Assembly (NCBI RefSeq): GCF_963921235.1
Contig: NC_086097.1
Span: forward strand, 223,140,001-223,204,000
DNA from: Mobula hypostoma
Lineage: Eukaryota
Direction: 5' to 3'
Length of the DNA stretch: 64,000 bases
Shown here: positions 37,200 through 50,659 of the stretch, piece by piece
How the letters are laid out: every line of letters begins with the position of its first letter
Position numbering within the stretch: position 1 is the first letter of the stretch
Position numbers and translations under genes: made by a program
The notes under the pieces: model-generated
What the model was told of the DNA's origin: nothing
Seen by the model: only the letters and a program-made list of their open reading frames with translations
Databases searched by the model: none

Positions 37200-40100
37200 C
37201 GTAGAAAACTACAGCACTGAAACAAACCCTTTGGCCTGTTTGTCCCTGTCAAACCATTTAAATTGCCTAGTCCCATAGACTTGCACCCAGACCAGAGCTT
37301 TCCGTACCTGTCCCATCCGTGTACCTATCCAAACTTCCCTTAAACATTGAAATCAAAATCACATCTGCCGCTCATTTCACACTCTTGCCACTAAGTGAAG
37401 AAGTTTCCCCTCATTTCCCCTTAAACATTTCAGCTTTCACCCTTAGCCCATGACCTCTAGTTGTCATCTCACCCAACCTCTGGGGGTGGGGAATCATGCT
37501 TGCATTTACCCTATCTATACCCCTCATAATTTTATATACTGCGAAATCTCCCCTCAATCTTCCATGCTCTAGAGCATTAAAAACTTTAACCTATTCAATC
37601 TTTCATTATAATTGCTTCACTGCTTTGGGAGCAGATGTGGGACTCGCTCTGGTTTGAGGATGTTGTTGGCTTGCTTTTTATTGTTTGCTTGTTTTTTTTC
37701 CTCTTTCCCTGCGCTGTGGTTTTGGTCTTTTATTGGGTTGTTTAGGTCTCTTGCTTTGTGGCTGCCTGTAAGCAGACAAATTTCAAGGTGCATGATTTAT
37801 ACATTCTTTGATAATAAATATGCTTTGAGCCCTAGTAATATCCTTGTAAATCTACCCTGGAGGTAGGTGACCAAAACTGCACAGGATACTCCAAATTAGG
37901 ACTCACCAATATCTTGTACAAGTTCAATGTAATATCCAAACTCCTGTATTCCATACTTTGCTCTACGAAGGTAATGGTGGCAAAAGCTTTCTTTATCACC
38001 CTATCTGTGACACTATTTTCAACGAATTATGGACCCTGTATTCCAAAATCCTTTGCTCAACCGCATTCCTCAGTGCCCTACCACTCCCTGTGTAAGATTT
38101 GCTGTGCTTGGTCCTCCCAGAGTGCAACACCTCACTTGTCTGCATTAAATTCCAGCTGCCATTTTTCCCTCCCCCGCCCCGGTCCATGTCCTGCTGCAAG
38201 CTTTGTTAATTTTCCTTGCTGTCCATGATGCTCCATTTTGAACCATCCACAAGCTTGCTGATCCAGTTAACCCTATTGTTGTCCAGATCATTGATATAGA
38301 TGAGACACAATGACGGACCCAACACCAATCCCCACAACACTCCACTAGTCATAGGCCTCCAGTCAGAAGGGCAACAATCTACTACCACTCTCCGGCTTCT
38401 CACGCAAAGCCGGTGTCTAATCCAACTTGCTACCTCATGAATGCCAAGCAACTGAACAGTCTTGATTAACCTCCTATGTGAACCCTTGTCCAATGCCTTG
38501 CTGAAGTCCATGTAGATTCTTGATTGGCCCAGGGTATGAAAAGACACGAGGAAAAGGCAGGAGACTGGGGCTGAGGAGAATTGGATCACCATGAAATGGT
38601 GAAGCAGACTCAATGGGCCAAATGACCCAATTCTGCTCCTATATCTTGTGGTTTTGTAGATCACCTTCACTGTCTTGCCCTCATCAACTTTCCTATTAAC
38701 TTCCTCAAAACTAAGATTGGTTTGACATAATCTATCACACAAAGCAATGCTGACTGTTCCTAATCGGTTCCTGTCTATCCAAATGTTCATATATCCCGTC
38801 CCTTAGAATATTTAAAATGACACGGAAAGAAACACAGATGGTAGTTTGCCTCCCAGGTGCCGGGGTCCGGGATGTTTTTGATTGCGTCCACGATATCCTG
38901 ATGTGGGAAGGAGAATAGCCAGACGTCATGGTACATATTGGTACCAATGACATAGGTAGGGAAAGGGAGGAGGTCCTGAAAACAAACTACAGGGAGTTAG
39001 GAAAGAAGCTGATAAGCAGGACCTCAAAGGTGGTAATCTCAGCATTGCTGCCTGTGCCACGCGATGGTGAGTATAGGAATTGTGAGTTGGAGGATAAGTT
39101 CAGATTTCTGGATCATTGGGACCTCTTGGGGCAGGCATGACCTGTACAAAAAGGATGGGTTGCACTTGAATCGGAGGTGGATCAATATCCTGGCAGGGAG
39201 TTTTGCTAAGGCTGTTGGGGAGAATTTATACTAGAATTGCTGGGGGGTGGGAACTGAACTGAAGAGACGGAAGAAGGGGCAGTTGGCTCACATATAGAGA
39301 AAGCTTGGAGTCAGTACGAGCGGGAAGATAAACAGGTGACAGAGAAGCGAAACGCCCAGACTGGTGTCTGTTTTAATGTAAGAAGCATCATGAACAAAGC
39401 AGATGAGTTTCAATCGGATCCCCTCTCATTCTTCTAAATTCCAGTGTATACAAGCCCAGTCACTCCAATCTTTCAACATATGACAGTCCTGCCATCCCGG
39501 AAATTAACCTTGTGAACCTACGCTGAACTCCCTCAGTAGCAAGAATGTCCTTCCTCAAATTTGGAGACCAAAACAGCACACAATACTCCAGGTGTGGTCT
39601 CACCAGGGCCCTGTACAGGGCCTCTTTGCTCCTATACTCAATTCCCCTTGTTATGAAGGGACATTGAGGAGCAGATAGGGAGACAGATTTGGGAAGGTGT
39701 AATAACAGGGTTGTCATGGTAGGACATTTTAATTTTCCCAATACTGATTGGCAACTCCCGAGAGCAAGGGGTTTAGATGGGGTGGAGTTTGTTAGGTGTG
39801 TTCAGGAAGGTTTCCTGACACAATATGTAGATAAGCCTGCAAGAGGAGAGGCTGTACTTGATCTGGTACTGGGAAATGAACCGTGTCAGGTGTCGGGTCT
39901 CTCAGTGGGAGAGCATTTTGGAGATGATCACAATTCTATCTCCTTTGGAGAAGGATATGAACAGACAAGTTAGGGAAACATTTAATTGGAGTAAGGGGAA
40001 ATATGAAGCTATCAGGCAGGAACTTGGAAACATAAATTGGGAACAGATGTTCTCAGGGAAATGTATGGCAGAAATGTGGCAAATGTTCAGGGGATATTTG

Positions 40101-43100
40101 TGTGGCATTCTGCATAGGTACGTTCCAGGGAGACAGGGAAAGGATGGTAGGGTACAGGAACCATGGTGTACAAAGGCTGTTGGAACATTTAGTCAAGAAG
40201 AAAAGAAAAGCTTATAAAAGGTTTAAAAAAAAAAACTAGATAATAGATCTAGAAGGAAGGCTAGCAGGAAGGAGCTTAAGAATGAAATTAGGAGAACCAG
40301 AAGGGGCCATGAGAAGGCCTTGGTGAGCAGGATTAAAGAAAACCCCAAGGCATTCTGCAAGTATGTGAAGAGCAAGAGGATAAGATGTTGGAGAATAGGA
40401 CCAATCAAGTGTGACAGTGGAAAAGTGTGTATGGAACCGGAGGAGATAGCAGAGGTACTTAATGAATACTTCAGTATTCACTATGGAAAAGGGTCTTGGT
40501 GATTGTAGGGATTATTTATAGTGGATTGAAAAGCTTGAGCATATAGACATTAAGAAAGAGGTTGTGTTGGAGCTTTTGGAAAGTATCAAGTTCGAAAAGT
40601 CACTGGGACTGGATGAGATGTATCCCAGGCTACTGTGGGAGGTGAGGGAGGAGATTCCTGAGCCTCTGGCAATGGTCTTTGTATCATCAATGGGGACGGG
40701 AGAGGTTGTGGAGGATCGGAGGGTTTCAGATGTTCCCTTATTCAAAAAAGTAGAGATGGCCCAGGAAATTGTAGACCAGTGAGTCTTACTTCAGTGGTTG
40801 GTAAGTTGAAGGAGAAGATCTTGAGAGGGGGGATGTATGAACATTTGGAGAGGCATAATATGATTAGGAATAGTCAGCATAGCTTTGTCATAAGCCGGTC
40901 ATGCCTTATGAGCCTGACTGAATATTTTGAGGTTGTGATGAAGGTAGACCAGTATATGTAGTGTATATGGATTTCAGCAAGGCATTTACCGAGGTACCCT
41001 GTGCAAGGCTTATTGAGAAAGTAAGGAGGCATGGGATCCAAAGGGACCTTGCTTTGTGGATCCAGAATTAGCTTGCCCACAGAAGGCAGAGTGGTGTAGA
41101 TGGGTCATATTCTGCATGGAGGTTGATGACCAGTGGTGTCTCTCAGAGATCTGTTCTCGGTCCCCTTTTCCTTCGTGATTTTTATAAATGACCTTCATGA
41201 GGAAGTGGAGGGATGGGTTAGTAAATTTGTTGATAACACAAAGGTTGGAGGTGGTGTGAAGAGGCTAACAGAGGTTACAGTGGGACATTGACAGGATGCA
41301 AAAAATTGGGCTGAGAAGTGGCAGATGGAGTTCAACCCAGATAAGTGTGAGGTGGTTCATTTTGGTCAAATATGATGGCAGAATATAGTATTAATGGTAA
41401 GACTCTTGCCAGTGTGGAGGATCAGAGGGATCTTGGGGTCCGAGTCCAGAGGACACTTAAAGCTGCTGCACAGGTTGACTCTGTGGTTAAGAAGGCATAC
41501 GGTGTATTGGCCTTCATCAATCATGGAATTGAGTTTAGGAGCTGAGAGGTAATGTGTTACAGGTATACAAGACCCTGGTCAGACCACACTTGGAGTACTG
41601 TGCTCGGTTCTGGTCACCTCACTACAGGAAGGATGTGGAAACTACAGAAAGGGTGCAGAGGAGATTTACAAGGATGTTGCCTGGATTGGGGAGCATGCCT
41701 TATGAGAACAGGTTGAGTGAACTCGGCTTTTTCTCATTGGAGTGGTGGAGGATGACAGGTGACCTGATAGAGCGGTTATAAGATGATGAGAGGCATTGAT
41801 CGTGTGGATAGTCAGAGGCTTTTTCCCAGGGCTGAGATGGCTAACGCGAGAGGGCACAGTTTTAAGGTGCTTCGGAGTAGGTACAGAGAAGATGTCAGGG
41901 ATAAGTTTTTTTTAATGCAGAGTGGTGTGTGCGTGGAATATGCTGCCGGTGATGGTGGTGGATACGATAGGGTCTTGTAAGAGACTCCTGAATAGGCATA
42001 TGGACCTCAAGATAGAGGGCGATGAGTAAGCCTAGGTAATTTCTAAAGTAAGTACATGTTTGGCTCAGCATTGTGGGCCGAAGGGCCTGTATTGTGCTGT
42101 AGGATTTCTATGTTTCTAATTCTCCCACTGCTGATGTCAAGCTCACCAGCCTATAACTTCCTGGTTTAGTTTAGAGCCTTTCTTAAACAGCAGAGCAACA
42201 TTAGCTGTCTTCCAATCCTCCGATACTTGTTGCTAAGGATCATTTAAATATCTCAATCGGGGCCGCTGTAATTTCTGTGCTTGCTGCCCACAGGATCTGA
42301 GGAACTGCTTTCTCAGTCCCTGGGGATTTGTCCACCCTAATTTGCCTCAAGGCAGTAAACATCTCCTGTAACCTGTATAGGGTCCATAACCTAACTGCTG
42401 CTTTGCTTCATGTCTATAGACTCCGTATTTACTCAGGAGAAAGACAGTTGCAAAAAATTGCATTTAAGATCTCTGTTCCCCACCCCCCCCATCTTTTGGC
42501 TCCACGCATAGATTACCATTCTAATCTTCTGGAGAACCAATTTTGTCCCTTGCAGTCCTTGTGCTCTTCCTATATCTGTGGAAGCCCTTGGGGTCCTCCT
42601 TCACTTTGTCTGCTAGAGCAACCTTGCGCCTTTTAACCCTTCCGATTTTGTGTTCTCTTGCATTTGTTAAACTTAAGTACCTCACTTGTTTGTTCTTACC
42701 TACCTGTACCTACAATGCACCTTTTTTTCTTTTTTGACAAGGGCCTCACTGTCTTGAAAACCAATGTTCCCTAATCCTGCTGTTTCTTTTATTCTGACAG
42801 GCACATACAAGCTTTGTACTTTCAAAATTCACTTTTAAGGCCTCCCACTTATCAAGCACACCTTTGCCAGAAAACAACCTGTCCAATCCACACTTGCCAG
42901 ATCCTTTCTGATACCAAAAAAATTGGCCTCTCTCCAATTTAGAATCTCCACCTGAGGACCAGACCTGTCCTTTTCCATAATTACCTTAACTAATAGCATT
43001 ATTATCACCAGATGCAAAGTGCTCTTCTACACAAACTTCTGTCACCTGCCCTGTCTCATTCCCTGATGGGAGATCGTTTTGCACACTCTCTCATTGGGAC

Positions 43101-43265
43101 TTCTATGTACTGATTGAGTCCCCTCAGCCTCCTGAATGATCTGGAGTGCATCCAGTTCCAGCTCCAACACCTTAATGTGGAGTGTTTGAAGCTGTAGCTG
43201 GATGCACTTCATAGGTGTAGTCATCAGCCACGCTGAAGGTCTCCCTACCTTCCTATATCCCACAA
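37200..43265 (-). mobile_element. Old minus-strand CR1 (ORF1 remnant to 3' end), split by a nested plus-strand CR1
   Basis: RT remnants at 37200-38810 and 42119-43040. ORF1-like CIQLQLQ..IKVLELELDALQIIQEAE at 43042-43263. Confidence 0.75.
38817..42118 (+). mobile_element. Near-full-length degenerate CR1 (ORF1 SGNH esterase, APE endonuclease, RT) with an inverted CR1 piece at about 39410-39660
   Basis: VCLPGA...VHIGTNDIG (esterase), VVMVGHFNFP and LDLVLGNEP (APE), RPHLEYC, 3' tail TTCTATGTTTCTA ending at 42118. Confidence 0.88.
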
Positions 43266-43582
43266 GAGGATTATTCAGCTATCCTGCCTGGCATTTCCAC
43301 TGCTCCAACTGTGTAATTGTAAAGAAGGAAACAATAAATTAACTGCAAGTCTACCTATAGCTTTTTGCCTTCTCACTCAAGCTTCTCCTTTCTGAAGCCT
43401 TGAAGAACTAAAATCTCAAATCCCCACTCAAACACTGCGTGCTCCAACAAAGGCCACTCCACTTGCCCCTGCCTTATTTTGTTTGCCCTTGCTAATTAAT
43501 TTGATGGCTCCAATCGGTCACTGTTCACACTGTAATTTCCATGAAGCTCTGCTTTTTAATGCATTTTTGCTGACCTGAGAGT

Positions 43583-43752
43583 TCTGTCTCTCTGTCTCTC
43601 TGTCTCTCTGTCTCTCTGTCTCTCTGTCTCTCTGTCTCTCTGTCTCTCTGTCTCTCTGTCTCTCTGTCTCTCTGTCTCTCTGTCTCTCTGTCTCTCTGTC
43701 TCTCTGTCTCTCTGTCTCTCTGTCTCTCTGTCTCTCTGTCTCTCTGTCTCTC
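43583..43752. repeat. (TCTGTCTC)n octanucleotide microsatellite, about 21 copies
   Basis: Perfect tandem array seen directly. Confidence 0.97.
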
Positions 43753-44219
43753 GTTCAAACGGGGAAATGGCAACTCTTTACCACAACTGCTGAATTTTTT
43801 TGAGCAAGATAGTAAATCAGTAAAATGGTATTTTTAAATTTCATCTTGGAATTAACTCTCCTTTCATTTAGTATGCCAGTATTGCAACAGGCAGATGAAG
43901 CCTGAAGTCAAAATGACTCATCATTTTCTTAAAATGAATGCCAACTGGCAGGACAGAGAAGTCTCTCTAGGAAAACAATCCAGTTTCCTTTATTTTGACT
44001 TCACAAATTTGTAAGTCACAAATTTTACTGATCTCTTATATTGAGCAGTGAAAGAATGTATGCTCCCATCCCTTGTTTGATTTGTCAGAAGAATTTCTAG
44101 CTGATGCTTAGTTTACGTGCATAAAATTAAATTCTTGATTTGTTTTCTTTTAATTTTGACACTTGGGCAACTTGGAGTGTTCTATAGCAAAAAGAATTTT
44201 ATTTTCATGGCTGCTCTTG

Positions 44220-44703
44220 CAGACATCCCACCTCTCCCGGAACTTCCGGGAATCTCCCGCATATTAATAGTGGCTCCCTGATGCCTGCAAATTATATACA
44301 ATATCACGGAAATCAATTTTTTTGAGAGCAAGCGAGAGAAAAGCAAGAGAGCGTGAGAGCAACCACGAGAGAGAGCCAAAAAAATTTAAAATGTACATCA
44401 CCCCAGACTACACTAAAGTGTACCCCTGCCTAATAGGGGTCAAAATAATGAGTGTTGCTCACTGCACTGTTTGCAACAGTGACTATTCTATTACCCATGG
44501 TGAGTTAAGACTGTAAAAGACATGTTGAGGTGAGTTTAACAGGTGTCATTCATTCATTCATTAGCATAGCTAACGTTATTTAAATTAGCTGGCCAGCTGC
44601 TAAGGAGCTAATCTATTGCAGACATCCCACCTCTCCCAGAAGTCTCCTGCAAATTGATGCTGCTACCTCCCTGAAATGAGTTTTTTGCAGGGTGGGATGC
44701 CTG
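44220..44703. mobile_element. TIR MITE (hAT-like) with 6-bp flanking duplication CTCTTG
   Basis: TIRs CAGACATCCCACC / GGTGGGATGCCTG, an internal third TIR copy at about 44619, and CTCTTG at 44214-44219 and 44704-44709. Confidence 0.75.
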
Positions 44704-46030
44704 CTCTTGTCAATTTCATCAACTTTGCCTCCATCTTCCACCCTTCCCTTGGTCTATTTCTGACACCTCCCTCTCCTTTTGCAATCTGTCTCCATCACTG
44801 GAGACAAAGTCTACTGGCATTCTTTTATAGACCTACCCATTCCTACGACTATCTTAAGTATACCTCTTCCTGCCCATCTCGTATTTGTTTTTAAAAAAAA
44901 AACTATTCCCTTTTAAGTTCCTTTGCTCCGCTGCATCTGTTCTCAGGATGAGGCTTTCCTTTCCATAACATCATATGCCCCTTTTCTTCAAAGAATGTGG
45001 TTTCCCTTCCTCCACCATTGCTGCTGCATCTTCTCAATTTTTCAGACATCTGTGCTCCCCCCCCCCCCATCTTCCTGCTGTCTTAACAGGGATAGAGTTC
45101 CTCTTGTCCTCACCTATTACCCCATGAGGCTGTTCATTCAACATATCATCCTCTGCAGCTTCTACCATCTTCAATGGGATCCAACCACCAAATACATTTT
45201 TTACCTGTCCACTTGCTGTTTTGTGCAGATATCACTCTTAGATTCCCTTGTCCATTTGTCCCTTCCCACTACTTTCCCTCCTGCCATAAAATCCAGCAAA
45301 CAAATGAAATACTACACATACCAATTCACCACCTCCCTTGCCTCCATTCAGGGGCCCAAACCATCTTTCCAGGTGAGGCAACACTTCACCTCCAACTCTT
45401 TCGGGGTCATCTGCTTGCTCTCCAGTGCTCCCAATGTGGCCTGTTTTACATTTGGTGAGACCTGATGTAAATTGGGATGCCATTTTGAGCACCTCTGGTC
45501 TATCCACTGAGGAAAATTTCCCAGTAGCCAACTATTTTAATTCCTATCTCAATTCACATTTTGACATGTTGGTCCATGGCTGCTTCTTTTGCCATGCTGA
45601 GGCCTCTCTCAGGGTGGAGGAGCAATACCTCATTATCTGATGGCATGAACATTGATATTTTTTTTCCTTCCAGTTAAATCTCTCCCTCTTCCCTCCCCAC
45701 TCTGGCCTCTAACTCTTCTCTTCACCTGCCTTTACCTTTACCTGGTGCCCCTCTTCCTTCCCTTTCATTCGTGATCCACTCTGCTCTCCTATCATTTTTT
45801 TTACCTCCAGCCCTTTGTCTTTCCCTCCAACCTCACTTTACCTATCATCCAGCTAGACCTTCATCCCCTGCCTCCCCCCATCTCTTTATTCTGGCATCTT
45901 CCACCCTTTCTGTCTCAGCTTAATTTTGATTGTTTATTTATTTCCATAGATACTGCCTGGCCTGCTGAGTTCCAACAGCTTTTTGTGTATTGTTCTGGAT
46001 TACCAGATCTGCAGAATTTCTTGTTTCCTT
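44704..46030 (+). mobile_element. Penelope-like element fragment (RT C-terminus, GIY-YIG, 3' repeat)
   Basis: NFINFASIFHP, FYRPTHSYDYL.Y.S, LRCICS, IQGPKPSFQVRQHFT...CSQCGLFYI-GET. Confidence 0.82.
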
Positions 46031-46612
46031 TCCATTGTCTGCAAGTTAATTGGGGCCAAGTTGTCCAATGTACCAGGGTTTCTGGCATTCGTCAGCTTCT
46101 CTGAAAGTCTGCCAGCATATCTACTATTCAGCCAGCATTAGACTAGAGAATTCCCCCAGGAAACTAATGGGCAGTGAATGTCCTGGCTACCAAACTGGGA
46201 TATCTCCCTGCTGAGTCTGTGCCAGGAAGTGTAGCAATACTATTGAAATGTGTGAGTGGCTGCTGTGAGGAGGGACAGTGACATTTTTTTAAGCAACTTT
46301 TGTTTTTGATGCCTTAGTTTATTGAATTTTCAGTCACTTTCAACTATCCAAGGTCATTGACTATTTGTGCACCTGAGATGGGACCTTGTCAGCTGTCAAG
46401 GCTATCTTGAGTGTCAAGTCAGAACTAGCCTCCCAGTGGTAGATAAGAAACTGTGGTTTAAGTACTGCTGACTTGTGATCTGGGGTAGTCTCATTGTTAT
46501 TTGCTTTTGTTGCTTTTGCATTTGGTTTTGCCTGTTCAAAGTTTGCTGGTACCAATGCTTAATATGTTGGAATACCTAGCCCAGTACTAATTTCTGACTT
46601 TTTTTTTTAAAG

Positions 46613-46711
46613 ACCACCAAGGCATTTCTTCCCAAGATGCTGGAAATGAATCATGGACATATTGTAACAGTTGCAAGCTCCTTAGGATTGTTCAGCACTG
46701 CTGGTATTGAG
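46613..46711 (+). CDS. rdh10: Retinol dehydrogenase 10, internal coding exon (probably exon 3), [33 protein letters not shown]
   Basis: Poly-T tract and AG at 46611-46612, GT at 46712. 99-bp exon, phase 0/0. The peptide matches the vertebrate RDH10 SDR segment [13 protein letters not shown] containing the catalytic Ser region. Confidence 0.96.
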
Positions 46712-47104
46712 GTTTGTCCATCTTTACATTATTTTGTGAAATATTTTAATTTGCTTTATTTTCCAGAAGATAAAATTGCATATTGAAGTGTAATCATTCC
46801 ATATGAAATGTATCTCACTCCGTTGGCCTGGTGTGTGAGCAGATCCTCTGGTCGAGACTTTCAAGACAGTATTAATACATTTTCAAATGTTTAAGTAAGA
46901 TCTTGAGTCCAACTGTCTACATTCTAGTATTTTTTCGAGCGGTTGGAAAACTTGAATCCTATTATTGCTGGATCTTGAGGAATCTAAGCTTCCAAGTACC
47001 AATGGAAGAAAGACTTGGCTTGATTCTAAACATAAGGGCTTCTGCAGATGCTGGAAGTCCAGAGTAACATACAAAATGCAACTGGCAGTATCTACAGAAA
47101 TAAA

Positions 47105-47345
47105 TTTATTTTATTTGTAGATATAGCGTGGAATAGGCCCTTCCAGCTCTGAGCCACTATGACAGTAACCCCTGACCACCCCCTCCCAATTTAACCCGAA
47201 CTTTATCATGGGACAATTTACAATGGCCAATTAATCTGGTATGTCTTTAGACCAGGAGAAAACCTACACATTCTATGAGGAGCACAACAGGTTTGAAATC
47301 TGTACTCTGGCCTGAGCTGTAAATAACTTCTACACTACTGTGGCC
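47105..47345 (-). mobile_element. Degenerate tRNA-derived SINE, inserted within an inverted pair of PLE 3' repeats (about 47030-47460)
   Basis: Similar to 61925-62189 and flanked by opposite-orientation CAGATGCTGG-type repeats. Confidence 0.5.
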
Positions 47346-47709
47346 CTTGCAGGGTCTTGGCCCAAAACATCCACTGTTTATTTCTCTCCACAGATGCTCC
47401 ACCCTACTGAATCCCTCCAGCAGCTCTTTTTTTCTTGCTCCAAATTCCATGTTTGGAGTCTAGAATTGCCTATGCTTCATCACTCGTTGACCTGCTATTT
47501 TAATGATTTCTGTGCACACATTGCCCTCTGCCCTTAGATCTTTCTGCATCAGTTCCCCTTTCACAACTTTTAAAAACTTTGGGTAAGACATCTGGACTTA
47601 GAAATTGTTTCAAGCTATTTGTGAGTTGCCCTCGTATGGTGAAAAATTGAACAAGATGTTCAGTTGCAACGTTCGTCGAACTATATTAGGTTTCAGAGTG
47701 ATGTCACAC

Positions 47710-48297
47710 TGTACCGATTTGTTGAGCACCTTGACTCCATCCGTAAAAAGCAATACATTCCAGTGGCTAGCATTTCAACCCCATTCCCATCCGTGTTCTG
47801 ACACGTCAGGTCACGGCCTCATCTTCTGCCAGGATGAGGCCACTCTCAAGATGGAGAGGCAACTCCTTGTATTCTGTCCAAGTAGCCTCCAACCTGATAG
47901 CATGAACATCAACTTCTCCAAATACTAGTAGTTTTTTTTGTCATTTCTACACTCTGGACATTTACCTCCTCTCACCTACACAGTACTCCTTCCCTTTCTC
48001 CCATTATCCACTCTCTTCCCCAATCAGATTCCCTTTTCTCTGGCCCTCTACCTTTTCCACTTATCACCTCTAGCTCTTACTTCATCTTGCCTGCCCCCCC
48101 CCCACCCCTGGCTTCATCTATCACCTTCGAGCTCATCTTCTCATCCTCTCCATCACCCTACCATCTTATTCTGACATCTTTCCCCTTTCTTCCAGTCTTG
48201 ATGAAAGGTCTCAGCCCAAAACATCAAATGTTTATTCATTTCCACGGATGCTGCCTGACTTGCTAAGTTCCTCCAGCATCTGCAGAATTTCTTGTTT
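47710..48297 (+). mobile_element. Penelope-like 3' fragment
   Basis: HSHPCSD..HGL...LQPDSMNINFS followed by the 3' repeat. Confidence 0.75.
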
Positions 48298-48984
48298 TTA
48301 TTTGGTTTTAAATTTAGTATTAATACAGTGTTTGCTCTTGGTGTTACAAATATAGAGAGAGCAGATTGCAACCAACTTCTAAAGGAACACACCACATACA
48401 TTGGTGTAATGGAGCAAAAAAAATTCAGTGGGCCAAGTTGCATATGTGGAAATGGTTGGTGATTTCTACATGGCCTTCCTAACACAGGAGCCACACCATG
48501 CAAACCAAATGTCAGGTTGCAGGAGGTGCATATGAATCTCTGCCTGGGCTGGAATACAACCAATTCTAATACATGACTTTCCAATTTCAGGTGACCCACT
48601 CCATGTCCCTTTTCCATTCCCACCAGCTCACTCGGCATTTCACCTGCACTCCATCAATCAAGATTAATCACTCCAGATCTTTTTTGTCGTCTTATTAATC
48701 CCTTAAATGATGTAATCTTCCATCACCTACCCTGTCACTAGCCTAAATTATGTCAAATTAGTATGAAGTATAAATTTTACATGCTATTCGGTAGGAGAAA
48801 AGGTGCCAAGGAGAATGAAAATGCAGCCTAAAAAATAGATTTTTTTTACTGGTGGGTCCCAAGTCATGCGAGGTATGCAAAATTGCACAATACTCAATAC
48901 TGGATTAAATTTTCATGCCATGGCAGTGTTTCTCCTTATCCTGTATTATTATAATGATAATCTGGGGGGGGGGGTGGAATCCAC

Positions 48985-49797
48985 AGCTTCTACTATCTGC
49001 AATGGAATCCTACTAGCAAACACATCTTTATCTCCCCTTTCTGGAGGGATTACTCTTGCATAATTTCCTTGTCTATTTGTCCCTCCCCACTAATCTCCCC
49101 TGTGGCATTTATCCTGGCAAGTGGAAGAGGTGCTACATCTGCCCATTCACCACCTCCATCACCTCCATTCAGGGCTCTAGACATTCCTTCCAGTTGAGGT
49201 AACACTTCATCTGTAAATCTGTTGGGGCATCTATTGCTCCTAATGCGGTGGCCTCTGCATTGGTGAGACCTGACAGATTGCAGGACTGCTTTATCAAGCA
49301 CCTTTGCTCCATCTGCAACAAGCAGGAATTCCTGGTGTCCAACAATTTTAATTCCAATCCCCACTCCCATTCTGACATGCCAGTTCATGGCCTCCTCTAC
49401 TGCCACCCTATGGTTGGAGGAGCAACATCTCATTCTATCTGGCCTCCAACCTAATGGCATGAACATAGATTTTTCTAAGCTTCTGGTAATTTCCCCTTCC
49501 CTTGTCCCTTTTCTTTTCCACTCTGCCCTCTTACCTCTTCTCCTTTCACTGTCAATGTCATTCTGCCATCCCTTTCTTTCGTGACCCTCTCCCCTATCAG
49601 ATTCCTCCTTCAGCCCTTGCCTTTTCCACCTATTCTCACTTCATCCTTCCTCCCCCACTGCCTTATTCTACCCTCTTCCCCTTCCTTTTCAGGCCTGAAA
49701 GATCTACTGTCTGTTCCTTTCCATAGGTGCTGCCTCAACTGTTGAGTTCTTCCAGCATTTTCTTACTCCTGAATTCTAGCAACTGCAGAATCTCGTT
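48985..49797 (+). mobile_element. Penelope-like 3' fragment
   Basis: DCFIKHLCSI...NNFNSNPHSHSDMPVHGL, LQPNGMNIDFS. Confidence 0.75.
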
Positions 49798-50207
49798 TTT
49801 ATGCAGCTGCATAGTGTTTAGTTCAATTTCACCTTTTTAAATCAATTCGATTCACAACTCTGCAATAAAAGAAAACACTTAAGATTTAATGCACTTTAAA
49901 AATATTTGCCCATTGTGGCTCATCCAACTGCCTATGATAAAAATCTTTGATATTTTTATCTATTTTCTGCTTCCATGCAACAGCATTTCTTTTTCACTTG
50001 CACCCTTTTGTCTCAGGGACTAATCGGTCAGTGCCTGGGAATTTTCAAAGAATTTGCCAAGGATCTTTTGCACTCTGATTTGCATTATTAGCAATTCTCC
50101 CATAGTTCATGGGTTGCTATTAACTTGGGCTGTGAACCAAGCATACACTTTGTTGAACATACATAAGATGCAAACTGTTCTGATTTCTTTATTCTAATGC
50201 CATTTAG

Positions 50208-50353
50208 GATTACTGTGCAAGCAAATTTGGAGTAATAGGATTTCATGAATCCTTAAGCCACGAGTTGAAGGCAACTGACAAAGATGGGATCAAGATGACA
50301 CTAGTTTGCCCCTATTTGGTGGACACCGGTATGTTCCGTGGTTGCAGAATAAG
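50208..50353 (+). CDS. rdh10: RDH10 coding exon (probably exon 4), [48 protein letters not shown](R)
   Basis: TTTAG acceptor, AG|GTAAGA donor, 146 bp. Contains the SDR catalytic YxxxK motif (YCASK) and is in frame with the previous exon. Confidence 0.97.
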
Positions 50354-50659
50354 GTAAGATAGTTGAAGTTTAAATTGTATATTAGTGTGTGGCATTTAAC
50401 TGGCATTGGCTGAAAAGCACAAAAGTTAGTCTATGTAGAAAATGTGGTTTTGTGCTTTGCGTGTTGAAGAAGGTTCACATTGTGAAACTTGCCTAAAGTA
50501 GCTTATAAGAATATGGTCCAAGACACCAGCTGAATGTTATGACAAAACTCCAATAATCTGGCACACTAGAATTTAAGCAGACTGGCAGATTTTCCAGCCT
50601 GTTGTTTGTTACTCCTATTAGAACTAAATGCTTTTGATTTACTTCATTCGATGTTCCAC

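Noticed and set aside
43525..43773. ERQRDRET repeat ORF
   Set aside because: Translation of an 8-bp microsatellite.
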